Positions 27,254-36,089 of a stretch of 36,089 bases of DNA are shown in pieces. A model generated the notes under the pieces. That model did no database searches. It saw only the letters and a program-made list of their open reading frames with translations, and had not been told where the DNA came from. How positions within the stretch are numbered: position 1 is the stretch's first letter; each line of letters begins with the position of its first letter. The DNA comes from a virus. Lineage: Duplodnaviria > Caudoviricetes. Where the stretch lies: the IMG/VR virus record IMGVR_UViG_3300025168_000267, positions 1-36,089 of that record; one strand, 5' to 3'. A program made the position numbers and the translations under genes.

Positions 27254-27847
27254 TTACCAATCCAAATCAATCTTAACCAACTCTCCTAAGTCTTCATCGA
27301 AGAAACTTAGATTACCATTTTCCACACCCATTTTCCACACATCTAAGGTAAGTTGAGAATCCTTTAGGCAATACTTTGCCACATCTTCATACTTACCTTC
27401 ACTCCACCATCGAACAGCCGCAAGACCATCTCCTGATTTTTTAGAATCTAAATTGCACTTAGCAAGATTATCTAACTGTATTCGCTTACCTGCCGCCTTT
27501 GTCATCATTCTTGATGTGTCAATGCAACGGGTTTCTTTATCTTCGAGATACTTACGAACAATATAAATGTCCATTGAATCTCGCAACGCTGGTAAATCAA
27601 AGGCAACAATATTATGCCCTAACAACTTACCACCTTTTTGAAAGTGGTCGTCTAAGTCATATTTAAGTTGTTTCAATTCTTTAACAACTGCACCTTCAAC
27701 TTCAACGGCTTTATCAATATAAACCGTGTTATTCTCTCCATCCGTGGTAGTTACACAAGTAACTTTCCACATATGGGTATTCTGCCAACCGCCAATATCT
27801 GCGGCGGTATTTCCTGTTTCTATATCAAACGACAATACATTATTCAT
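27254..27847 (-). CDS. DEDD/RNase H-like 3'-5' exonuclease (YprB/RNase_H_2-like)
   Basis: Exo I/II/III motifs: SFDIETG, LGHNIVAFDL and YCLKD. Confidence 0.85.
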   Translation of the reverse strand: MNNVLSFDIETGNTAADIGGWQNTHMWKVTCVTTTDGENNTVYIDKAVEVEGAVVKELKQLKYDLDDHFQKGGKLLGHNIVAFDLPALRDSMDIYIVRKYLEDKETRCIDTSRMMTKAAGKRIQLDNLAKCNLDSKKSGDGLAAVRWWSEGKYEDVAKYCLKDSQLTLDVWKMGVENGNLSFFDEDLGELVKIDLDW

Positions 27848-28028
27848 TTTTTTTCACTTCCATATTTTTAATTAAATCAATGGGATAATTCATGTCCATC
27901 ATTTCTATGACTTTCAATAACATTTCATCGTCAATGTAATTAACGAATAAATCAATTAAATCTTCCCTTGAAACTTCTTCTTCATCAAGCACTTGTCTAA
28001 AGCGCAATATTCTATTTTTCATATACAT
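27840..28028 (-). CDS. Small acidic hypothetical protein
   Basis: 62 aa, translationally coupled to both neighbours. Confidence 0.6.
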   Translation of the reverse strand: MYMKNRILRFRQVLDEEEVSREDLIDLFVNYIDDEMLLKVIEMMDMNYPIDLIKNMEVKKNE

Positions 28029-29530
28029 TATTCCTTCCTCCTAATATACACTCGGTTGTTCATCTTTTTATTCTCGAACAAATGTTCTACATTGTTCCAT
28101 TCCCTATAAAAGGTTGGGCGACTTTTCTTAGTCATTTTCATGTAGTTATTAACTAATTCTGTTTTTGATACCCAACCATCCTTTTTAGTAGCAGACTGAT
28201 AAACCTTAGCAATTACCAATTCTCTACCTTTTTCAGCCATTCTCTTAGGACTCTTTTTCAACTTATCACTGAACCAAGTAGTAATAGAATCAAAACTTTG
28301 GTCTGTAAGTATTCTTGCTTGGTCGATATGTCTTGCTGTAATTTTTGTACTCTTTTCTGCACAAGCACAAAGAGCCGCCGCATTACACATATTATTAATC
28401 GTATTCATTAAGAATGTATTTAAAGCCGCATAAATGTGGTCGGGGAAACCATCCATGTATTTTCTCATACCACGCCAAACGGTCTTAAGTCTTTTCTGTG
28501 CATCGGGAGTAAAGGTTGTAATCAATCTTTTGTCCCCCGTTTCTTTATATCTTGCGTCTGCCCAAGAATAAATATCGTAAAGCATTTCCGAAAACTCTAC
28601 TGTAAAGGCATCCGAACCGTTTTCATCTTCAATGATATTACCAACCATATCTAAATATTCTTCTTCCATTTGCATTTTTAATGATTCGGGAACTTCTCTT
28701 ACATATAACCACATACGCTGAAAGACACCCTTAGTAAGAATAACCTTTTCTAAACCCTGTGGAGGTAATGTTGTAGCCCATAAACTGCGTTGGCAATCTA
28801 CAACTAAATCCTTACCCCATTCAGTTAAACGCTTTTTAATTAAGTGGGTATCGGAATCTAAACGATTCATAAACTTTTGAAACATCATTACAGTATCTTG
28901 CTTGTGCTGTGTTTCCTTGAAGATACCCGAATGTTCAAACTCATCAAAGGCAATAATACCGGAACCAAACAACGCCCCGTTGATATTAATATCAATTTCT
29001 TCAGGCATTGGGTTTCCATCAATGTCTAAGTTTTCTTCACCTCTAACCCAATCAGGATTAGGTTGACCCATTTTAATAGTGCCTAATAATGCTTGGTCTG
29101 TAAATGCGTCGGGATTTTGAAGGGTAAATTCATTAACACCAGTTAGTGGTCCTCTTGGATTTTCTCCCCTCATCGGGTGTTCATTTATTAACTCAAATGT
29201 TTTAGCCCAAACAGGTGACAAGAAATCAAACATTGTAGTCTTTCCACTACGGGCTGTTTGAATCCAACAGTAATGTATTCTTGGGTCAAGAGAAAGACGA
29301 CCTACGGGAACTCGTAACTTGTCTTTCAAGACCTGACCGAGAGTTGTAAAGAAAGCCATTGTAGCCGGATAATCATTATACAATGAAAACTGAGTTACAA
29401 CTTCTGTCCATCTTACTACAACTTCAGGCATAGTTACAGAACCACGCCTTTCTATTTCTATATCTATATTCTGCATCTTTTCCAATGCTTCATATAATTC
29501 CCATTCATCTACTTCTAAATCTTCTGCCAT
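28028..29530 (-). CDS. MCM-like AAA+ ATPase, probable replicative helicase
   Basis: Walker A variant QTARSGKT, Walker B IIAFDEF, sensor-like SLWATT, Arg-finger-like GVFQRM and a C-terminal winged-helix-like region. Confidence 0.7.
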   Translation of the reverse strand: MAEDLEVDEWELYEALEKMQNIDIEIERRGSVTMPEVVVRWTEVVTQFSLYNDYPATMAFFTTLGQVLKDKLRVPVGRLSLDPRIHYCWIQTARSGKTTMFDFLSPVWAKTFELINEHPMRGENPRGPLTGVNEFTLQNPDAFTDQALLGTIKMGQPNPDWVRGEENLDIDGNPMPEEIDININGALFGSGIIAFDEFEHSGIFKETQHKQDTVMMFQKFMNRLDSDTHLIKKRLTEWGKDLVVDCQRSLWATTLPPQGLEKVILTKGVFQRMWLYVREVPESLKMQMEEEYLDMVGNIIEDENGSDAFTVEFSEMLYDIYSWADARYKETGDKRLITTFTPDAQKRLKTVWRGMRKYMDGFPDHIYAALNTFLMNTINNMCNAAALCACAEKSTKITARHIDQARILTDQSFDSITTWFSDKLKKSPKRMAEKGRELVIAKVYQSATKKDGWVSKTELVNNYMKMTKKSRPTFYREWNNVEHLFENKKMNNRVYIRRKE

Positions 29531-30210
29531 TAGTATTTCACCTCTTGTTCTTCATTTAACGCATTTGATATATTGGTGGCCGTCACTTTACCAATACCTT
29601 TTACTTTCATAATTTCCTTAACTTCGCATGTAGCGATTTCTAATAATGACCCGAACTCCGATAAGAGAATACGAGCCTTTTCAATTGTAACTCCTTGAAT
29701 GGTGCAAAGTAAATCTAAGCGCACATCGTCTGTTCTTGTTTTCTTAGGTAACATCTTATGTAAATCAATTTCTTTATCACAGTGATGTTCACAAGCGACT
29801 ATGAAATGTGCCGCCGATTCTACATCTGCTACCCAAATAGGTGTTGTTTTAGTATTCAATGCTATACTAGATAATGCCCCTATAAACATTTTTTGCAGTT
29901 TAAGTCTCCACCCTCTATTGTTATAAGAGTTTTTTACATGGTTGAGATATGAACCAGCATCCGATAGATTACCATAAATGATAATATAATTTCTTCCATA
30001 AGAATCTTCCATGTTGCTAATTTGATTAAACATTCTTTTATTACGCACTGATTGTAAAAAGTCTTCAACGCTTTTTGCCTCAATACACACATCGCCTATA
30101 ATGTAATCTCCTACTTCTAAGAATACTTTTTTTGCCTCGATATTAGATAGCATGGCATATTGTATTACCAACTCACTTAACACCGAATCTTCTCTACTGT
30201 CTATCATCAT
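29530..30210 (-). CDS. ERCC4/XPF-type structure-specific nuclease with tandem HhH
   Basis: IDSRE, VGDY..., IEAKSVEDF and (HhH)2 IQGVT/VKGIGKVTA. The start at 30210 overlaps the primase stop. Confidence 0.9.
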   Translation of the reverse strand: MMIDSREDSVLSELVIQYAMLSNIEAKKVFLEVGDYIIGDVCIEAKSVEDFLQSVRNKRMFNQISNMEDSYGRNYIIIYGNLSDAGSYLNHVKNSYNNRGWRLKLQKMFIGALSSIALNTKTTPIWVADVESAAHFIVACEHHCDKEIDLHKMLPKKTRTDDVRLDLLCTIQGVTIEKARILLSEFGSLLEIATCEVKEIMKVKGIGKVTATNISNALNEEQEVKY

Positions 30211-31250
30211 TCTAAGGCCCCCTGTGGGTATCTCCAGCACTTTCCTATGCAATACCCCTTACTGATTAAAGTTTGACAAGACGGGGCCATATAACGCTTA
30301 TTTACCACATAGGAAACAGCCTGTCTTGTAATTCTTTCATCGTAGTCAATCCATACATCTTCATCCGATGCTATCTTTTTAATTTCTCCTGATATAATAC
30401 CTATAATATCTACAAGAGCATCTCCACCTACTTCTCTCGGTGAACAGTCTAAACCCTTCTCAACAACTGCTAAGTCGGATAAGAACTCATTATACCATTG
30501 AACCAAGTAATGTCGAGATTCATGTAATGGATTATGAGTCATTACTGCCGCATTGAGACAAGGGAGAATAGGTAAATCACCCGGACTCTCAACATAATCT
30601 ATTTCAATTTCTGCCGCTTCCATCTTTTTAACTTGAGGCCATTCTACCAAACCTTCACCATACCAAATAGGAGGTTGCTTTCGGGGCTTTCTTGCTAAGT
30701 CTGTAATATGTGATAACGGCTTTTTTAAATCGCTACGGATTAAATTTATAGAAAACAATTTAGCACCTAAATGAAAGGTGTTTTGTGTTCTTCTCAAACG
30801 AGCAGTATTAATAACTCGGTTGTCTAAACGGGGTGACTTTCCACATACATCGTGACATATGTTAAAGAAAGCCTTTACTCTTCTTAGGTCAAAGGTTCTT
30901 TTACCATAAACGAATATATAAAACCCTCGACCACTAAAAGCCATGTTATGTTTGTAGTTGTTTTCTGTAAGCCACTTATGTAGTCTTTTCATATCTTCCC
31001 ATGCTTCGTCTAAAGATTCATTACCGTGTGCATCAATGTCTAAAAACAACCTGTCGATAATTACCGTATGTTCAAGTCCTCGGTCTTTAGAGAACTCTTC
31101 GTAATCATAAACAGAAGTATAAACATTCATGCGACCATTATGCGCCTTAACGAATTGCTTGTATTTTTCTTTGTTTTGCACTACAATTCTTCTCGGTTGT
31201 ATTGCGTTTTCTAATGGGCTACCTGCCCACATTTCTCTCGGATAATTCAT
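30207..31250 (-). CDS. Fused archaeo-eukaryotic primase (PriS catalytic plus PriL-like Fe-S domain)
   Basis: AEP motifs LFLDID, FSGRGF and D...RLRR, plus PriL-type LPCL...HESRHYL...PSCQTL..GYC..C. AGGTGATG SD precedes ATG 31250. Confidence 0.85.
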   Translation of the reverse strand: MNYPREMWAGSPLENAIQPRRIVVQNKEKYKQFVKAHNGRMNVYTSVYDYEEFSKDRGLEHTVIIDRLFLDIDAHGNESLDEAWEDMKRLHKWLTENNYKHNMAFSGRGFYIFVYGKRTFDLRRVKAFFNICHDVCGKSPRLDNRVINTARLRRTQNTFHLGAKLFSINLIRSDLKKPLSHITDLARKPRKQPPIWYGEGLVEWPQVKKMEAAEIEIDYVESPGDLPILPCLNAAVMTHNPLHESRHYLVQWYNEFLSDLAVVEKGLDCSPREVGGDALVDIIGIISGEIKKIASDEDVWIDYDERITRQAVSYVVNKRYMAPSCQTLISKGYCIGKCWRYPQGALE

Positions 31251-31258
31251 CTCATCAC

Positions 31259-31360
31259 CTAATCTATCATATCTAAAAAGTCCCTTGCTTCGCATATCGA
31301 GCAAAGTTCTTTATCTTTGTCTGTAAGTTCAGCCTTACAGTATTTGCATTTCTTTTTCAT
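31259..31360 (-). CDS. 33-aa CxxC-CxxC zinc-finger microprotein (not in ORF track)
   Basis: MKKKCKYCKAELTDKDKELCSICEARDFLDMID, with AAGGTG upstream. It fills the gap between neighbours exactly. Confidence 0.7.
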   Translation of the reverse strand: MKKKCKYCKAELTDKDKELCSICEARDFLDMID

Positions 31361-31711
31361 TTACAACACCTTCGTATCTTTTTTAATCTGCTTTTTCAAC
31401 TCTTCCTTTGTAAGAGTAATCTTATCCTTTTGTTCTTCTATTGTAGGAGGAACTTGAGGAACTTGCGAAAGCATTACAGGTGCTTCATCAATAAGTTCAA
31501 GCATTTGCGACTTAGCATAAAAGGTAGCCTTTTCAGTCCACCAACTTTTTACTAAATCTTTTTGTTCTTGCCCTAAGAAATCAAGCATCTCTTCCCAAGA
31601 AGGTTCTTCCATAGTAGATATAATATGTTTGATAACATCATCCATTTTCATTAACTCTTTGAATGTCCACTTGTATTCTGTAATCTCTTTGACAATTTTA
31701 GAACCAATCAT
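31361..31711 (-). CDS. Hypothetical protein (~116 aa)
   Basis: Likely start MIGSKIV after GGAGGGGG; overlaps the nuclease stop. Confidence 0.65.
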   Translation of the reverse strand: MIGSKIVKEITEYKWTFKELMKMDDVIKHIISTMEEPSWEEMLDFLGQEQKDLVKSWWTEKATFYAKSQMLELIDEAPVMLSQVPQVPPTIEEQKDKITLTKEELKKQIKKDTKVL

Positions 31712-32597
31712 AATTTGTTCCCCCTCCTGTTGCTTCGCAGTGGTCGAAGTGTCCACAGTGGACACACTTCTTATGGAAGTATGAAAAGTCAAACTGCTTA
31801 TTCATGTATGCGTCTATTAGTTTTTGTATAGAGTTTATCACCGAAGTAGTAGAACGCTTCTTAGTCTCTTCAACATATATGTAATTGCTCTTAGGAAAAA
31901 TCCAACCCCAGTGTGTAATTCCCACAGCGGGATTTAATCCTAAACTAATAAGTTCTTCTTCATCTGCATTTTCATAAAGTAATTGATAGAAAGCCATTTC
32001 TTTTCTCATGTTTGTTTTCTTACTATCTTTCCACGCACCTGTTTTTAATTCAAATGGAATGTAACCATTATCATCAAAAAACATTCTATCAATAATCCCC
32101 TGCAAATGAATATTAATACCGTTAATTCTAAAACGAGCATTAAGTAATATTTCATTACCAATGGGAACAAAGTGTTCTACTGTTCCTTCGTGAACACACT
32201 CAATAAATCTTTGTGCTTGCCATGCTGACAAAGCCCTGTATAAATCTCTAGTGTCTTCATCTTTACCTTCGGGGTAGTAATCCCTAAAGTGTTTAACCAG
32301 TTTGTTAGAATCATCAATGTAAGGCATAGCCTTTTCAGTGTCAACCATTTTCCAGAAGTCTTCTTGAGCATTGTGAACTATTGTTCCTCTAAACATGGCC
32401 TCTGAAGTTTTCTGCTGTTTTTTACCTTGAGCGAATGGGTCGTAACTATATTTGTATGACCCATTACAAAAGTTAAATGTTCCCAAAGAAGACTTTGTAA
32501 TCTTCAATGTTGGGCCATCAATATCATCGGGATTCCATTGATATGTAAATCCATTGTCAAGGTCTTTCTTAGTCCATTCTGTAGCGTATTCATCCAT
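31698..32597 (-). CDS. Cas4-like PD-(D/E)XK nuclease with Fe-S cysteines
   Basis: KSSL..F..C, GTIVH, GIIDR, ELKTG and C-terminal CVHCGHFDHC. Confidence 0.85.
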   Translation of the reverse strand: MDEYATEWTKKDLDNGFTYQWNPDDIDGPTLKITKSSLGTFNFCNGSYKYSYDPFAQGKKQQKTSEAMFRGTIVHNAQEDFWKMVDTEKAMPYIDDSNKLVKHFRDYYPEGKDEDTRDLYRALSAWQAQRFIECVHEGTVEHFVPIGNEILLNARFRINGINIHLQGIIDRMFFDDNGYIPFELKTGAWKDSKKTNMRKEMAFYQLLYENADEEELISLGLNPAVGITHWGWIFPKSNYIYVEETKKRSTTSVINSIQKLIDAYMNKQFDFSYFHKKCVHCGHFDHCEATGGGTNYDWF

Positions 32598-33081
32598 TTC
32601 TTTCTACTTCCTTAAGTGCATCAATTAAGGCCGATGCTTCACCTCTTGTCATATTCTCTCGAATAGATTCTTCTCCACCTAATTTAATTATGTAATTTCT
32701 TTGGGCGTCGGTCACTGGACCATTATGGTTCTTAACAGTCTTTGTTTGAGTAATACCCTTTTCTTCAAAAGCGGCCCTACGCAAACTGGCTGTTGTATTA
32801 TCATGGCATTCTCTACAAACTTCCACAACATTACTACGAGAATGGATAAGGTATTCTTGTCCAATTTCTCTACATCTATGTTGTGAAATAATGTGATGCC
32901 ACTCTGTTTTTCCTTCAGCAAAACAAATACTACAAAATCCCTGCTTTTTCCAAAATTGTCTCTCTTCTTTGACAACTTTCAAAAATTCCTGTTCAATCAC
33001 TTCTATTTCATCTTGCTTCTTTCTTTTACGAGCCTGTAATGCTCTCAATGTTTTATAATATGTTCCTTCTTTTTTTCCCAT
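32590..33081 (-). CDS. HNH endonuclease with C-terminal small helical domain (DUF3072-like)
   Basis: CSIC..EWHHII...NVVEVCRECHD, and C-terminal PVTDAQRNYI..LG...MTRGEASALID. Confidence 0.8.
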   Translation of the reverse strand: MGKKEGTYYKTLRALQARKRKKQDEIEVIEQEFLKVVKEERQFWKKQGFCSICFAEGKTEWHHIISQHRCREIGQEYLIHSRSNVVEVCRECHDNTTASLRRAAFEEKGITQTKTVKNHNGPVTDAQRNYIIKLGGEESIRENMTRGEASALIDALKEVERNG

Positions 33082-33082
33082 G

Positions 33083-35542
33083 TTACCACCATTCCTCTAA
33101 GGTTTTTTGGTTTATATCTTTTTTGATGAGTTTTATAGGCCACTCCATGCTATCAAATATTAACAAAGCCTTCTTAATAATTTCTCCGTTGGCGATGAAC
33201 TCCCAATCAGGTGTAAATTTTCCCTCAATGTCCTTAAATTTTAAGAACGAAATATATTCACACGATTTAGATACACCATTTACGATGTAGCACTTCTCAT
33301 CCAAGTCTGCATTATTTACTTTAAAGTAATAATACGCATCACCCTTCTTAATTTTACCAAACCCTTGTTGATTATGGTAAATAATTCCTGCCGAACCTCC
33401 TGCAATCATATCGTAGTCTTCGATATTTCTTCTAAGTCTACTTCTTTTACTAATTTCAGACAATTTTGGTTCACCTTTTATGACCTTTGCATACTCTTTA
33501 TTACAATAATCAATGATAGACTTTTTGTTATCAAAAGATGCAACCATTTTTAGTAAATTTTCTTGAAATTTCTTTGCTATTTTAGTTTCATTTGACTTTT
33601 TCATTTCAAAGCCCATTACAAAGAACTTATCTTCGTCTAAATACTCTCCATCCTTCCAAGAAAGATAACCGCAGTAGCGATTTTTCTTCTTAGAAAGGAA
33701 AAACTTACTGGCAAACTTTTCAAACTCTAATTCTACCGGTTCTCGGAAGATTTCTTTTGAAATATAATCATTTAACAAAACTCTTAGTTGTTTTGCATCT
33801 TCTACATCACGAACCTTCACGAAAACAGAATCAGTGTGTCCATAAATAACCTCGTAGCCCAATTCTTGTGCTTTAAAAGCAGTTTCTCGCATAGCATGAC
33901 GAGCAGAAGCCGTAATTGATTGAACCATTTCCATATCTGCCCAACCAAAACCTTCTTTTGCGAGAATACCGTAGAAAGCATTTACCGCCCTCTTCGTAGC
34001 CATTTGTGCTGAATCCCACTTAATATAATCTTCGTCTGTTTTAGCCTCTTTACGCAAATTTTTGTATTCATCCCGCAAAGCCATCATGTCAATAACTGCT
34101 TGAGGTAAAAGCCCAAGTGTATCTTTTTCGTAGTAATAAGTAGGCTTCTCTTCAAAGTCTCCTAAATGCTTAGGTGTATTTACCCACACCGGATAACCAT
34201 GCCCACGCTTAGTTTCCCAAGAGATATTTACTGCGGCCATCATTGATGGGTATAGGGATTTGAAATCAAATACAGCAACATTTTCATGTATGCCATAAGT
34301 TCCCTCAATATCAGGATTCATAACGAAAGCACCATCGTATCTTTCCTTCTCAGTTTTAACACCTGTTGGGGGAATCCACCCGGATTTACGCATAAAATAT
34401 ACTCCACCCATTTGAGAATTATGATATGTATTCTCGAAAGGACATACGATAAGTCTTTGTAGGGCAAGACTGTTTTCACTTACATTCAATTTGTTATCAA
34501 TGTTCACACACAAATCTACATCTACCTTAGCATATTCAAGGTAAGTCTTAGTGTCTTCTAACCATGCCCGTTCATAGAACTCTAAGTCCTCAAACTTTGA
34601 ACTTGAAACCTTTCGTTCACCAAGAACAAGGTTTGCACAATCATCTAACTTTAGTGAAGGTAGTGTGCCGTTTTGAGAATCAGTCCAAAGGCGTTCAAAT
34701 CTATCCATTAGACAGAAAGTTAATCTGCCACGAATAGGCTGTGCGCTATTAAAGTATTTTTCATCTCCTGTGCCTTTTCCTAATTGCCAGCCCGTAGTTT
34801 CTCCATTACTGAACTTTCTACGAACATCTTTAATCTCATTACAAGGAGACATGCGATTAGGGTCAATACCTAATTTACACATACGCTTAATAATTTGAGG
34901 AATATCGTAGCCGAGAATATACCAGCCGATAATCATATCAGGGTCTTGCTCTTCCATCATTTCGATAAATGCGTAAAACATTTCTGTTTCACTTTGATAA
35001 ACCTGCACATAATCAAGACTGGAAAACTGTTCGTTTGTTAACTCTAAATGAGCCTCTTTAGGAAACCAAGTCATTACTGTGTTCTTTTTAGTAAATGAAT
35101 CGTAGATACTTAGCACTGTTGTTTTACCATCATGCACCCCACCTACTTGAGATTCAATATCAAAATACCACTTACGGTGTTCGTATTCTTTAATCTCAGT
35201 CATTCGGTCAACTGCATAAAGACGCTTAATATCAACATCTGCTTGATAGGTAGCAATCCCTTCTTTATGAAATTGATTCATAAGAGTCCATCGGTCTTTA
35301 GGGTTATTGTAAATTATTTTCTTTAAACTTTTACCGTGAAGACTTGTCCAATTACCCATTTCATTTTCAACGGGTATTGCTCTTTTCTTTCCATAGTTAT
35401 TAACAACCATTTGAGATTTATACCAATGAGAGGCGGCAGATATAAAGAAATAAGGTTTGTAGTCCTTTACTGTTTCTTCTTTTCTTTCTCCGTCTTCTCT
35501 CCATCGTAGATATATATTACTCCCCATTGTGTCTATTATCAT
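33083..35542 (-). CDS. polB: Family B DNA polymerase
   Basis: Exo motifs YFDIE and YAKVD; polymerase motifs DFKSLYPS, KRAVNAFYG, YGHTDS and KKKNRY. Confidence 0.95.
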   Translation of the reverse strand: MIIDTMGSNIYLRWREDGERKEETVKDYKPYFFISAASHWYKSQMVVNNYGKKRAIPVENEMGNWTSLHGKSLKKIIYNNPKDRWTLMNQFHKEGIATYQADVDIKRLYAVDRMTEIKEYEHRKWYFDIESQVGGVHDGKTTVLSIYDSFTKKNTVMTWFPKEAHLELTNEQFSSLDYVQVYQSETEMFYAFIEMMEEQDPDMIIGWYILGYDIPQIIKRMCKLGIDPNRMSPCNEIKDVRRKFSNGETTGWQLGKGTGDEKYFNSAQPIRGRLTFCLMDRFERLWTDSQNGTLPSLKLDDCANLVLGERKVSSSKFEDLEFYERAWLEDTKTYLEYAKVDVDLCVNIDNKLNVSENSLALQRLIVCPFENTYHNSQMGGVYFMRKSGWIPPTGVKTEKERYDGAFVMNPDIEGTYGIHENVAVFDFKSLYPSMMAAVNISWETKRGHGYPVWVNTPKHLGDFEEKPTYYYEKDTLGLLPQAVIDMMALRDEYKNLRKEAKTDEDYIKWDSAQMATKRAVNAFYGILAKEGFGWADMEMVQSITASARHAMRETAFKAQELGYEVIYGHTDSVFVKVRDVEDAKQLRVLLNDYISKEIFREPVELEFEKFASKFFLSKKKNRYCGYLSWKDGEYLDEDKFFVMGFEMKKSNETKIAKKFQENLLKMVASFDNKKSIIDYCNKEYAKVIKGEPKLSEISKRSRLRRNIEDYDMIAGGSAGIIYHNQQGFGKIKKGDAYYYFKVNNADLDEKCYIVNGVSKSCEYISFLKFKDIEGKFTPDWEFIANGEIIKKALLIFDSMEWPIKLIKKDINQKTLEEWW

Positions 35543-35690
35543 TTTCAATCACTTTCCATTCTTCAATCTTAAAACTTATTCCTTCACTTTGAAGGTATTC
35601 CATGAACAGATATTCTAAATGCTCTCGCAGATATTGAGGGTCTGTCCAACCCTCTTCGGTATCAATATAACCATTGACATAAATTAACAT
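35517..35690 (-). CDS. 57-aa acidic hypothetical protein (not in ORF track)
   Basis: MLIYVNGYIDTEEGWTDPQYLREHLEYLFMEYLQSEG...; TAATG coupling to the upstream gene. Confidence 0.55.
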   Translation of the reverse strand: MLIYVNGYIDTEEGWTDPQYLREHLEYLFMEYLQSEGISFKIEEWKVIENDNRHNGE

Positions 35691-35929
35691 TACAAGTCCT
35701 CCATTAAGTCTGCGAACTCTTCGCCGTATTTAGTGGCTAACTTCAATCTCTCAAAGTCTCTCATTAGCCTTTCAATATATACAGCCGCATCCATTAGTTC
35801 TTCCTGTAAATGAATAAGCCATTCAAGTGTGTTTAAATCAGTGCGTTCCATTGTCACGCCGTATTTATTCTTACCCACTTCGGCTCTTTCACGAATCTTT
35901 TTAATTACTTGTTCTTCGTATTTGCTCAT
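35690..35929 (-). CDS. MazG-like/all-alpha NTP pyrophosphohydrolase-type small phage protein
   Basis: RAEVGKNKYGVTMER.DL...WLIHLQEELMDAAVY carries an EExxD acidic motif. Confidence 0.55.
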   Translation of the reverse strand: MSKYEEQVIKKIRERAEVGKNKYGVTMERTDLNTLEWLIHLQEELMDAAVYIERLMRDFERLKLATKYGEEFADLMEDL

Positions 35930-35933
35930 GTGT

Positions 35934-36089
35934 TCACCAACTTAAACCGCTTGGGTATCGAGAAGGATTGTAGCCCCCTCCTATATTCCATACAATAGTG
36001 TAGCCTAAACCCTTCCAATACTTCATAATAGAATCCCAATGATGTTGATTATTAAAGTTAAGACCTGAAGAACACTTCATTCTTCCACT
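35934..36089 (-). CDS. Hypothetical protein (partial, or starting at ATG 36080)
   Basis: Open frame ...MKCSSGLNFNNQHHWDSIMKYWKGLGYTIVWNIGGGYNPSRYPSGLSW; its stop contains the SD of the next gene. Confidence 0.45.
   Translation of the reverse strand, partial: SGRMKCSSGLNFNNQHHWDSIMKYWKGLGYTIVWNIGGGYNPSRYPSGLSW

Noticed and set aside
27123-27356. 77-aa plus-strand ORF across the convergence region
   Set aside because: It has a TTG start, runs through the hairpin and overlaps the exonuclease antisense.
31698-32597. CRISPR-Cas interpretation of the Cas4-like gene
   Set aside because: I saw no repeat-spacer array or other cas genes; solo Cas4-like nucleases are common in viruses.
27668-35326. 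Short plus-strand or nested ORFs in the replication block
   Set aside because: They are shadows of well-supported minus-strand genes.
33083-35542. Intein or intron in PolB or the helicase
   Set aside because: Lengths are normal, motifs are contiguous and no intein splice motifs were seen.
36021-36038. WDSIMK match to the tag motif in the last minus-strand ORF
   Set aside because: It is internal, on the early/replication strand, and the ORF may be truncated by the window edge, so it is plausibly chance.

Overview
This AT-rich window looks like part of a tailed dsDNA virus (Caudoviricetes) infecting an archaeon. It is most consistent with a Magrovirus-type virus of Marine Group II/Poseidoniales; this is inferred from GGTGA-type ribosome-binding sites, an archaeal-style replication set and gene order. 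The + strand (1-27093) carries a late/structural operon: head accessory genes, a head-tail adaptor, a tail terminator, a tail tube, a -1 frameshifted tail chaperone pair, a tape measure, distal tail/hub proteins, a 2290-aa hub/adhesin, a tail fibre, two membrane proteins and small ORFs. The - strand (27254-36089) carries a replication block: PolB, HNH, a Cas4-like nuclease, a fused PriS-PriL primase, an ERCC4/XPF nuclease, an MCM-like AAA+ ATPase, a DEDD exonuclease and a MazG-like protein. The two arms converge on a GC hairpin. The most striking signal is a shared N-terminal tag, M(x)W-x-[DNS]-[ILT]-[ILV]-K, on at least six otherwise unrelated late-operon proteins; one carries a HicA-like domain and several look like K-junction polyproteins. 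This suggests a capsid-targeting/processing system for packaged effector cargo. All product calls come from motif recognition by eye; no database searches were run.
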